Source of the DNA: a virus
Lineage: Duplodnaviria; Caudoviricetes
Virus record (IMG/VR): IMGVR_UViG_3300025889_000070
DNA: 64,000 nt
Reading direction: 5' to 3' (one strand)
The notes beneath the pieces are model-generated. The model worked only from the letters and a program-made list of their open reading frames with translations. It did no database searches and was not told the origin of the DNA. The stretch's first letter is position 1; the number at the start of each line of letters is the position of its first letter. The translations under genes were made by a program, and so were the position numbers. Shown here piece after piece: positions 25,956 through 34,910 of this stretch.

Positions 25956-26005
25956 GTTATCGATTCTCCTTTTAGGTCGATAAGTATATTATATAGGATT
26001 ACTTT

Positions 26006-26548
26006 ATGATTTCCAAATACTTTTTTATAATTTTAACAATTTTTTTATTAACTACTAAGCCTCTTTTTTCTCAAGAAATTAATTCAGGGGAAATGATTGT
26101 TAATAATATTTTTACCTTGTTTGAAGCAAGTCTTCAATGTCAGGCAGTAGCAGAAATCACTGCCAATTACTACATTATTTACCTAGGATTCAAACACAGT
26201 TTAGAAAAATCTGATATTAAAAAGTTAGAAACGCCAAAAAGTATAAGTTACCTCAAAACACAATTTACAAAATATGAAGAGTTAATACAAGAAATAAAAA
26301 AGTTATTAACTCGCTTAGACAGTACTACGGCAAACAAAATAAAAAATTATGAACAAAGTACATACATAAAAATAAAACAACAACTACTATATTTTTTATT
26401 GAACAGAATAGAGCCAGATTTTATAGAAAATACTATGGCCTTGAACAGTGAATGTTATCAAAAATTTAAATTTCGCCAAGATTATTTAAAGACAATATCT
26501 GCAGATATTGACAGGCATATACAAGAAAATCCTAGCTTAAAACCTTAA
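26006..26548 (+). CDS. AT-rich hypothetical secreted protein, opposite strand to its neighbours
   Basis: Signal-peptide-like N-terminus; overlaps the 3' end of the carbamoyltransferase. Confidence 0.7.
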   Translation: MISKYFFIILTIFLLTTKPLFSQEINSGEMIVNNIFTLFEASLQCQAVAEITANYYIIYLGFKHSLEKSDIKKLETPKSISYLKTQFTKYEELIQEIKKLLTRLDSTTANKIKNYEQSTYIKIKQQLLYFLLNRIEPDFIENTMALNSECYQKFKFRQDYLKTISADIDRHIQENPSLKP

Positions 26549-28013
26549 CACCATAATGCTTTTCAAACCTATCTGCGTCCGCTCTAGTATTAATCATGGG
26601 CTCGCCACGGATATTTAGACTAGTGTTTAACAGCATTGGACAGTCAGTTAGCACATACCATTTTTCTAGAAGTTCCCTTACGCCAGAATGATCGTTTCTA
26701 CCAACCGTTTGTACTCTACTGGTTGAGTCTACATGAAGTATAGCAGGAAAGCCAAGCCTTGTACACCCGTAGACGCTCTGCATATATGGATTTGTTTCCC
26801 AGGGCGGCATAGCAAAATAATCGCTGGCATGTTCATTTAGAATCATGGGAGCAAAAGGTCTAAACTTTTGTCTGCGTTTTATTTCATTTACACGGTCTTT
26901 GATATCAGCACCTCTCGGATCTGCTAGCAAACTTCTAGTGCCCAGTGCTCTTGGTCCAAACTCCGCTCTGCCACTGGCCACTCCCACTATTTTGTTTTCC
27001 ATTAGTTCACTGATAATTTCATCAACTGGATATTCACCTGGTATATTGGTACCCAGATATGGTCCTTGCCAGTTTAAGCGTTTACCATAGGCTAATGCGG
27101 CTGCTCCTAGACTGCTACCACAATCTCCTGGATTGGGCATTATCCAAAACCTGTTCCATATCTCACTTATTTTAGCATTTGCTACACAGTTTAAGGCAAC
27201 GCCGCCCATGTATACACAATCATCTATATCAGTATAAGTTTCAGCAAGTTGACGCATTAAGGTAGTTAAACAGCGTTCAGTTACAAGTTGTGCGCTTAAT
27301 GCCAAACTTTCTGGGTCAATATCTGGCAACATGGATTTAGGTATACCAGTATGACAGTTATACTTCCAGGTTTGATTGTGATCAGCATCTACAAAGGTAT
27401 TATAAACGTCTTTGTACCAATTTGGCATGCCATAAGCACTCATACCCATTAAGATATATTCTTCTTCCATGGGTTTAAGACCAACTGCTTGTGTCATAGC
27501 ACTGTAAAATAATCCTAGACTGTTTGGGTATCTGCGTTTTAGAACGGATTTATACACCGCATTGCCATGGTTATCATAACTGGCAATATAGGCACTGTAG
27601 GTATCCCATTCTCCAATAGCATCTACTACCACAACCATGGCTCTATCAAACGGTGATGTTTGAAACCCTGCGGCAGCATGACTCAAATGATGACTATATG
27701 TGGTTATTGGTTTGTTTATGCCAACGTCTGCTAGATGACGTTTAGGAGATTTATCAGTAAGTGCTTTGCGCCATTCTCCGCTGTAGAGTTGTCGTGTCTT
27801 TTTAAGCCAGGGTCGCTCATACCAAGCAACTTGACTTATATCACCATAACTCAAGGCTTCATCTATTATTTCTTGGTTAAGTTCTGGGTCATTTTTAACA
27901 CGACTATATCGTTCGCTGTGAGCAGCAAATAGAATATCACCGTGATTGTTGATTACACTCACACCAGCATCATGAAAGCCGGCACTCACACCCAGTATAT
28001 TTGGTAGTTTCAT
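26532..28013 (-). CDS. Carbamoyltransferase, NodU/CmcH family
   Basis: GFHDAG, HHLSHAAAGF, VDAIGE, EFGPRALGTRSLLADPR, FRPFAP and LNTSLNIRGEP. Confidence 0.95.
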   Translation of the reverse strand: MKLPNILGVSAGFHDAGVSVINNHGDILFAAHSERYSRVKNDPELNQEIIDEALSYGDISQVAWYERPWLKKTRQLYSGEWRKALTDKSPKRHLADVGINKPITTYSHHLSHAAAGFQTSPFDRAMVVVVDAIGEWDTYSAYIASYDNHGNAVYKSVLKRRYPNSLGLFYSAMTQAVGLKPMEEEYILMGMSAYGMPNWYKDVYNTFVDADHNQTWKYNCHTGIPKSMLPDIDPESLALSAQLVTERCLTTLMRQLAETYTDIDDCVYMGGVALNCVANAKISEIWNRFWIMPNPGDCGSSLGAAALAYGKRLNWQGPYLGTNIPGEYPVDEIISELMENKIVGVASGRAEFGPRALGTRSLLADPRGADIKDRVNEIKRRQKFRPFAPMILNEHASDYFAMPPWETNPYMQSVYGCTRLGFPAILHVDSTSRVQTVGRNDHSGVRELLEKWYVLTDCPMLLNTSLNIRGEPMINTRADADRFEKHYGVKVLS

Positions 28014-28111
28014 TTATATATAAAAGGGTCTCTACGTCTCAACTCTTTTAATCTTTTTCTATACTGTATTTCCAGTTTAATACGGTTTATAATATTTTTA
28101 ATCCACTGCAT
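28010..28111 (-). CDS. 33-aa basic peptide (MQWIKNIINRIKLEIQYRKRLKELRRRDPFIYK; absent from the ORF track)
   Basis: Fills the gap exactly; ATGA overlap with the carbamoyltransferase. Confidence 0.7.
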   Translation of the reverse strand: MQWIKNIINRIKLEIQYRKRLKELRRRDPFIYK

Positions 28112-29381
28112 CTGGTATATCCTTCCACCATTTGATAAGAGCAGGATCGCGTAACGTGTCTATAAACCTTGTCCCTTTTCTACCTGTATCCAGACTTTCC
28201 ATTCGTTGTTTGGCCCTACATCTGGCCTCGAGATATACTTCCGACGGATATTCTTCTTCAAACGTTTTACGTTTTAGTAGGTTTATTAACACGTCACGCA
28301 TCGCACCTTTTGTATTAGGAACTATACTATTAATTATCTGTTCTAAAATATGACGCGGAAGAAATAATGGACTCATTGCTATATCAGGCGTAAACGCAAA
28401 ACAAACCTTTGCTAATATTTCTACGTCCAGTTCGTCTGCTAATTTAGTAATTTCTGGTACTTGAAATAAGCCTGGCGTGGTTAATGTAAAGTCTATACGC
28501 ATCATGCGTTTGTTTTTAGCATATGCTAAACCTTGTTTAAAATTTTCTAACCACTCATCGTATTTCAATCCAGTTCGTATATACTCTCCTATCTTACCAA
28601 CACCATCCAAACTGGCACATATTTGCCAATCTCTAATTTTATCTAATATATCAGTATACAAGTTTACACCCTGATAATCTACACGACTTAAATTTGTATT
28701 GTATCTAGCATACAAACCAGGACCATCGCCTAGTTCAATAATCCGTTGCATGTACCGCCAATGCTGTTCATACATCAGTGGCTCGCCGCCTACCCAGTAT
28801 ATTTCTTCTATGCGATGTTCTTCAACTGCCCGGGCAAACTCTGCTTCTATTTGTGTGTCTTGATAGTTGCTAATTTGTTTTTTTACACTGGGTTCCATCC
28901 AGGGTTCTATTTTGCCCTGTTTGCGAGCCTCTGTTTCCCAACTGCTGGATAGCATAGGTCCACACATACGACATTTAAAGTTACATAGGTTGCTGAAACG
29001 ATAGTCCCAACTCACAGGTTGCATGGTTGTATAGCCAGTGGCATCGGTGGTTTCTGCTATTTGCTTATATTTGTGTTTGAATAAATGCCAAAAATAATCA
29101 CGATAAACGTCTGTGTTAAGTAACTTCTTGTCGCATACTTCGCACTCAGGTGGCAGTTCTCCGGCCATCATTTGACGGCGCACACGGCGTATATGCTCAC
29201 CATTCCACCACTCATCTAAGGTTTGCGGTTTATACTCATTTGTGCCATCTGCGGTGTCTATATATTGACGAAAGTTCTGTGCTGGCTCTCTACTAGCACA
29301 ACACAGTCTACGCTCTGTCTGTGGACTAAGATAGGTATGTAAAAAAGGTGCAAGGCATAAATTATCAGGCTTATCTTTCAT
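28098..29381 (-). CDS. Radical SAM protein with N-terminal twitch/SPASM-like domain
   Basis: CLAPF...LCC, CEVC, CNFKCRMC and GGEPL. Confidence 0.92.
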   Translation of the reverse strand: MKDKPDNLCLAPFLHTYLSPQTERRLCCASREPAQNFRQYIDTADGTNEYKPQTLDEWWNGEHIRRVRRQMMAGELPPECEVCDKKLLNTDVYRDYFWHLFKHKYKQIAETTDATGYTTMQPVSWDYRFSNLCNFKCRMCGPMLSSSWETEARKQGKIEPWMEPSVKKQISNYQDTQIEAEFARAVEEHRIEEIYWVGGEPLMYEQHWRYMQRIIELGDGPGLYARYNTNLSRVDYQGVNLYTDILDKIRDWQICASLDGVGKIGEYIRTGLKYDEWLENFKQGLAYAKNKRMMRIDFTLTTPGLFQVPEITKLADELDVEILAKVCFAFTPDIAMSPLFLPRHILEQIINSIVPNTKGAMRDVLINLLKRKTFEEEYPSEVYLEARCRAKQRMESLDTGRKGTRFIDTLRDPALIKWWKDIPDAVD

Positions 29382-30543
29382 AACCTATTACTCTGGCAAA
29401 TTTTTCATGTGTAGTAGCAAAGTTTTTATCCCTAAAGTCATCTTTTTCTTTTAACCGTTTTTTTAGTTTTTCGCCATCGTTTTCATCACTACGTTGGCTA
29501 ACTATAAACTTAATGCTGCGGATCTTTTCTTCATAATCAGGGTGCTGAACTATACACTTATCTAAAGCCAGCATAACCGGAGCCTTGGCAGTCTTTGGTA
29601 GATTATACAAACTAAACTCTTCCGGATCATGCATTAGATTATAGTGTACGTCAGTGATAGGTTGTTTCTTTACCCAGGTTAAGAAGTCAGCCATGTACAT
29701 AACGTTTTGCACGTTCCAGGTTACACAAATTTGAAACTCAAAAGGATATCCTTGGTCTCGTAGTTCATAAAATTTTTCTATATTACGGTTTACTGTTGCC
29801 CATTTAGCACCATCGCGCTCATATTCAAAACGCTCGCCCACATTGTCTATGCTAAAAGCGATCTGTACACGTTTAAACTTTTTCCATACTTCATGCTGTT
29901 TTGGAAACTGTGTTCCGTTTGTATTGTAGTGTATGTCAATATCACCAGCATAACCACCATCCACTGCTCGCTGTAGCAAATCAAAATGCTGTTTAATCAG
30001 GAATGGTTCGCCACCAGTGAACTCAAAATACTTAATGTCGGGTAATAGTTCATCTACGTGTTCCCAGAATTTTTTACTGCTTCTAGGCCAGCGTCCCTGA
30101 CTTAACCACTGCTTGGCTATGTGCTTTTCGCCAAATTGTGCTAGGTCTTCCTGCGCCCAGGCGCTGCTACTCCAACTGCCACAAATTCTACATTTTAGAT
30201 TACAGATATTGCCTAGTTTTAAGTCTAAAAATCTTAGCGTATCTCCACGGGTGTCTTCGTAGTTTACTTCTATGTCTTTAAACTTTTCCAGCATGTACTG
30301 TCGTTTACTTTTTTTGCCAGCATCTTCTTCTTTAAAACATTTGGCACACTGACCAGGTTGGCGATTTTTCATAAATGCTTCACGCAACTCTGTCATGTAT
30401 TCACCTTGTAAAACTTCTGTTAGGGTGTGTGTTTTTACATTAACAAATGGTATTTCTCTGTCAAATAAACAGCAGGGCCTAAGGTTTCCCAGTGGCGTTG
30501 TCTCTAAACTAATCCATGGTAGTATACATCTATTATCTGTCAT
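29371..30543 (-). CDS. Radical SAM protein with N-terminal twitch/SPASM-like domain
   Basis: CILPW...PCC, CAKC, CNLKCRIC and GGEPF. Confidence 0.92.
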   Translation of the reverse strand: MTDNRCILPWISLETTPLGNLRPCCLFDREIPFVNVKTHTLTEVLQGEYMTELREAFMKNRQPGQCAKCFKEEDAGKKSKRQYMLEKFKDIEVNYEDTRGDTLRFLDLKLGNICNLKCRICGSWSSSAWAQEDLAQFGEKHIAKQWLSQGRWPRSSKKFWEHVDELLPDIKYFEFTGGEPFLIKQHFDLLQRAVDGGYAGDIDIHYNTNGTQFPKQHEVWKKFKRVQIAFSIDNVGERFEYERDGAKWATVNRNIEKFYELRDQGYPFEFQICVTWNVQNVMYMADFLTWVKKQPITDVHYNLMHDPEEFSLYNLPKTAKAPVMLALDKCIVQHPDYEEKIRSIKFIVSQRSDENDGEKLKKRLKEKDDFRDKNFATTHEKFARVIGYER

Positions 30544-31849
30544 AGTCTTGTAATCTCTCTAATTCAGGGAATACACTAAAGAAATTTTCGTTGCGCCAAC
30601 GATCAAGTTCCTTAGCCCGCACTACAAACTCTGGTATGTGTTTGCTGTTATCTGAATTGCTCATAAAGTTAATAGCACTTTTGAATCCTTGTGTAGCACG
30701 ACTTAGTGGATCCTGTGGTTCCAACCAAGTAATATGATTTTGGTATAGTTCAACAAGTTCCTGTTTCATGTCTTCAGGTAATACATCTAATCTAAATCTA
30801 ATAGGATCTTGTAATATATTTACATTCCAATCCTGTGGCTTTACTAATCCTAGCTCTACCCACTCCTTGTGGAAGTCTACAATGTTGTAACTGTTCATTA
30901 GACTAAGTGTTGAACTTACATAAAAGTCTACAGTAGGACACTTCTCTAGCATACGTTCTCTGTTTGCTACAATCTTACTCCACACCGTGCCTTTACGTAT
31001 GAGCTCACCACGTTCATAGTTTGCGTCCAAACTTGCACCAATGCTTACAATGTCAAACTCATTCCACATGTCCAACACATCCTGCTGTTTGAATACTAGC
31101 TCTGTAAAGTTTGTATTGTAGTTCAGTCTAACGTCTGTGCGTCCTCTGCGTAGTAGCTCACGAAGTAAATTGTAATGCTCTACCATCATAAGTGGTTCAC
31201 CGCCCGCAAAGTAAATGTTTTCTATACTGTCAATGTGAGGCTCTAACTGTTCCCACATGTCCATTTCATAACGTCCTGCATACTGTACATTTGGATGGTT
31301 AGGTTTTAGCCAACTCATCTTCTTTGCTTCTTTTACCCAGTTACTACTAAAGATATCTCCGCATGTACGGCACGCAAGGTTACATAAATTACTAAAGCGA
31401 ATATCATAGTACTTGAGTTCAAAACGTTCTAGTGTACCATCTTCCAGTGTCTCATCTACAATACCAATGTGATGTCCTTCGTTTTTGTTCTGTGCATTGC
31501 GCATACTGAAGAACCCGTTCTTTTCCTGTTCATAACATTTTGTGCATTCTTTACAAGGCTTGTCTGCTAGCATGTTACGACGCATTTCACGCAAGGATTC
31601 GTCATTCCATACTTCAGCCATTGTTTGTTCACGTAGGTTACCAATAGGATGTTCCATAACACTTAAACAACAAGGATAAGCACGGCCGTCTGGAAATGCA
31701 TGCATGTGTATCCAGGGCAAAATACAAAATGTATCGCTATATATTAATCTATTGGTTTGCTGATCGTTTAAGTCCTGCAAATTTACGTAAACAGGATTAC
31801 GTGCACCATAGTCATAATTTTCATAATAATTTTTTAATTTGTCTGTCAT
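30533..31849 (-). CDS. Radical SAM protein with N-terminal twitch/SPASM-like domain
   Basis: CILPW...PCC, CTKC, CNLACRTC and GGEPL. Confidence 0.92.
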   Translation of the reverse strand: MTDKLKNYYENYDYGARNPVYVNLQDLNDQQTNRLIYSDTFCILPWIHMHAFPDGRAYPCCLSVMEHPIGNLREQTMAEVWNDESLREMRRNMLADKPCKECTKCYEQEKNGFFSMRNAQNKNEGHHIGIVDETLEDGTLERFELKYYDIRFSNLCNLACRTCGDIFSSNWVKEAKKMSWLKPNHPNVQYAGRYEMDMWEQLEPHIDSIENIYFAGGEPLMMVEHYNLLRELLRRGRTDVRLNYNTNFTELVFKQQDVLDMWNEFDIVSIGASLDANYERGELIRKGTVWSKIVANRERMLEKCPTVDFYVSSTLSLMNSYNIVDFHKEWVELGLVKPQDWNVNILQDPIRFRLDVLPEDMKQELVELYQNHITWLEPQDPLSRATQGFKSAINFMSNSDNSKHIPEFVVRAKELDRWRNENFFSVFPELERLQDYDR

Positions 31850-33252
31850 AGGCTGTTATACCATTCAACTAATTCTGGGAAGGTTTCTGTAAAGTTTTTA
31901 TTCCTACGCACATCATATTGACTATAAAACTGTTTAAAGTCATTGTGCAGTTTTGGCATTTCAAACGCTTCGTCGTGCGGTGTGTTAACAACTTTCAAAT
32001 ACTGAATTAATCTGTCTAATTGTCCTGTTTCAAATTCGTGGAAAACATCTGGACTATCTATGTGTCCTTGATCACTAGTCCACCTTTGCCTTAGCTCAAG
32101 TAGTCTGTTTACGTGTCTTTGTTTTATACTGTTGTCTAATACCAATGGTGACTGAAAACTAGGAAATCTTAAAATATTAAAACTCATTATTGCAAATCTT
32201 CTATTTCCATATTCAATTCGTTTAGTCATTATACGATTTACTAGTTCTGGCAAAGTTTCCAAGCAAAGGGCATTTATAGTACACATACAATGTGTATCTA
32301 TCCCTGATTCATGCAACCTTTGTATATTTTTCCACCAACGATCAAAAACCATTCCATCTCGTATGTATTCTGCAGCCTCGTCGGTTGCTTCTGCACTTGT
32401 GTATACTCCAAGACTTGGTAAGTGTGCCTTAACATCTATTAGTCTTTGTATTAATTCTGGTTTAGCAACAAGGTTACTGTTTATTGCTAGACTTGTTTGA
32501 CTTTTATCTCCGTTTTTTTCAAACCATTCTACAAGTTTCCAAAGGTCAGAACTCATTAATGGTTCTCCACCTGTGACTCGTAACTGTCTAAGTGTTTTAT
32601 GTAGATCGCTTTCCCACCATTTAAAAAATGCTTCCACATATGGATTGAATTCACCATATCCATATAACTGGTTGCTATCATGTGTGTGAGTAAAGTGTCC
32701 TCGTCCATCGCTGACTAAATTTTCATAAGGTCCATTTTTATTTAGATCTTTGACCCAAGTGCTTGAAAAAGCAGGATTACAGTAACTACATGCAAAATTA
32801 CATGTTCTATCAAAAGCAATCTCTAAACTTCTAAGATCAAAATCTGTATTATGGTCTGTTGTATATGCATCGCTAAGTTCTTCATCTGTGTAAATCCAAC
32901 TTTTGTAGACTCTATCACTTAAATGATCACCTCCCATATCCTCAATTTTCCAGCAATAGTTACAACCCTCAGGCCTTTCGCCACACTGCATTTGTCTACG
33001 TTGTTCTTTTTTTTCTGGTGTATTATGTAGTAGTTTAGGATTTGATTGTACTGCAATAGGATCTATTTTATGAGGCAGTGGATGATGACAACTAGTTGTC
33101 ATACCACTTCCAAGCCACACAGTAGCATTATACCATTTTGCACCGCAGAAACTTGCACTCTTACTATCCAAATGTTGTTGTTTGAAATCGTGCGGCGGTA
33201 GTGTATCTTGTAGTATACGTTCTAGATTATTAACTGGGTTGCCTTCAGTCAT
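31846..33252 (-). CDS. Radical SAM protein (SFCxAKW subfamily)
   Basis: SFCGAKW...SCHH, CNYC, CNFACSYC and GGEPL. Confidence 0.92.
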   Translation of the reverse strand: MTEGNPVNNLERILQDTLPPHDFKQQHLDSKSASFCGAKWYNATVWLGSGMTTSCHHPLPHKIDPIAVQSNPKLLHNTPEKKEQRRQMQCGERPEGCNYCWKIEDMGGDHLSDRVYKSWIYTDEELSDAYTTDHNTDFDLRSLEIAFDRTCNFACSYCNPAFSSTWVKDLNKNGPYENLVSDGRGHFTHTHDSNQLYGYGEFNPYVEAFFKWWESDLHKTLRQLRVTGGEPLMSSDLWKLVEWFEKNGDKSQTSLAINSNLVAKPELIQRLIDVKAHLPSLGVYTSAEATDEAAEYIRDGMVFDRWWKNIQRLHESGIDTHCMCTINALCLETLPELVNRIMTKRIEYGNRRFAIMSFNILRFPSFQSPLVLDNSIKQRHVNRLLELRQRWTSDQGHIDSPDVFHEFETGQLDRLIQYLKVVNTPHDEAFEMPKLHNDFKQFYSQYDVRRNKNFTETFPELVEWYNSL

Positions 33253-33542
33253 GTAAGTTTCTTCTTTAATATTTGTTTGATATCATCTTCAGTAAATTTT
33301 AATTCCCACGTACCATTGAAACTAACGTAATTTACATTTTTTAATTCTTTATAATCCTCATTATCAGTGGTCATGTTACTAAATTGAAACAATTCGTTTA
33401 ACAAGAGATCTTTGTAGTATATACTTTTTATAATAACATAGTCTTTTGCATTTGTTACATAGTTTTTTCCATAAAAATGAATTTTTGTTCCGTTGACATC
33501 ATATTGTATTGACCCGTTGTCTTCAAAAACATAATCTATCAT
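33249..33542 (-). CDS. AT-rich hypothetical protein
   Basis: ATGA-coupled ORF. Confidence 0.65.
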   Translation of the reverse strand: MIDYVFEDNGSIQYDVNGTKIHFYGKNYVTNAKDYVIIKSIYYKDLLLNELFQFSNMTTDNEDYKELKNVNYVSFNGTWELKFTEDDIKQILKKKLT

Positions 33543-34195
33543 TTGTATCTCGTTGTAATTAAAACACTTGCTCTGGAATTTTTATTAGAGAAGTTTGCAC
33601 TAACATGAAAGTTTTCTCTAGGCCATATCATTGCATCTCCTAATTTCCATTTGTGTATGCAATCTACTGTAAAGCCACCTAATGCATCATAGTTTAGATG
33701 ATTAAGATATTTGTTATAAATTTCTTTGTCAAAAGGAGTGTTGGCTAATCCATAATCGCTACGAGTGATTTGTTTGTACGTAGTAATACCTTTACTGCCA
33801 AGACCGAGTTCGTTATTAAACGTTACTGCCTTTGCACTTTTTTGTTCAAATATTATTGTATAATACGCATCTGTATCATGAACACTTATAGGAATTAAAT
33901 AACTATTTGCAATATTTTTATCTTCATTGATGTATCCATCACTATGAACACCACCAGCACTATAGTCAAAATTTATATTTACAGTAGTAATTTCTTCATC
34001 CTGCGGTAATTTTTCTTGCAACTGTTTTAGTTTCCTACTAAAAAAAGGTTGATCCCAATGAGCCATTGTTAGAAAACGTTGCCCATTATCTCGTGTTTCC
34101 GGAAGTACACTGTGATACCATATAAACCAGTCGCATTCTTTTTTGCTAAAAAAATTATATATCTGTTTCATTTGCAAAATACTCTTTAATTTCAT
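33539..34195 (-). CDS. Putative 2OG-Fe(II) oxygenase-fold protein
   Basis: HSD motif, distal His (FHVSA) and RASV. Confidence 0.55.
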   Translation of the reverse strand: MKLKSILQMKQIYNFFSKKECDWFIWYHSVLPETRDNGQRFLTMAHWDQPFFSRKLKQLQEKLPQDEEITTVNINFDYSAGGVHSDGYINEDKNIANSYLIPISVHDTDAYYTIIFEQKSAKAVTFNNELGLGSKGITTYKQITRSDYGLANTPFDKEIYNKYLNHLNYDALGGFTVDCIHKWKLGDAMIWPRENFHVSANFSNKNSRASVLITTRYK

Positions 34196-34326
34196 TCAAT
34201 ACTTTTTTTGTTGTGTGTTGTCCTTCTTGCATTTCTTTAACAACACCAAGTCGTCTTTGTATATCTAATAATACTGGATTTTGAAACTTCCAAACTATAT
34301 GTCCGTTGTGCCCGAGATATAGATTA
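34155..34326 (-). pseudogene. C-terminal remnant of a paralog of the 34413-34910 protein
   Basis: NLYLGHNGHIVW...VLNEIKEYF matches NLYLGHNGKLVY...FLQEMKKYF; no credible start of its own. Confidence 0.65.
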
Positions 34327-34407
34327 CCATCTTCCTGCGCAGAAACTTTCACTCTTTGTATCAAGCATGTCTTTTTTAAATTTAGTATAATCCATAATAT
34401 GGTCCAT
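34324..34407 (-). pseudogene. N-terminal remnant of a sixth twitch-type radical SAM gene
   Basis: MDHIMDYTKFKKDMLDTKSESFCAGRW* matches HLDSKSASFCGAKW of 31846-33252, then stops. Confidence 0.7.
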
Positions 34408-34412
34408 AATTT

Positions 34413-34910
34413 TTAATCATTAAAAAAATACTTCTTCATCTCTTGCAGAAATTCTTTATTACTACGCATGCCCTGTGGCTGATGAATATTACTAAAACGT
34501 TCATGGAACCATGGTATACTAGGAGTAATAAATTCATTATATACTAACTTACCATTATGTCCTAGATATAAATTGTTTTTCCACTCCAGGGGATGGTTAT
34601 CTACGTGCCAATTATCCCAAGGAGGTATATCTGGATATTGTATAAAATTATATAGTTCCTGCTTAATGTCTACCTTGTTTATATAAAGTTTTTGCAATTC
34701 AAAATGTGTATCTGTATCTGTACTATAGTTTTTTCCGTAATGAACTATTTCTATAACATGTTTACCGTCTTTTAATTCACAATCAATGGATATACTGCCA
34801 TCTCGTGTACATCTATGGTTAGCATAGATTTTACCATCAACAAGTAATTTTATTAAAGGCAATCCTGCTTTAGTAAAGTCGAACTTAAAATTAGTACGTT
34901 CCATTGGCAA
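34413..34910 (-). CDS. Hypothetical protein (NLYLGHNG motif)
   Basis: ORF coupled to the B12 radical SAM gene. Confidence 0.75.
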   Translation of the reverse strand: MPMERTNFKFDFTKAGLPLIKLLVDGKIYANHRCTRDGSISIDCELKDGKHVIEIVHYGKNYSTDTDTHFELQKLYINKVDIKQELYNFIQYPDIPPWDNWHVDNHPLEWKNNLYLGHNGKLVYNEFITPSIPWFHERFSNIHQPQGMRSNKEFLQEMKKYFFND

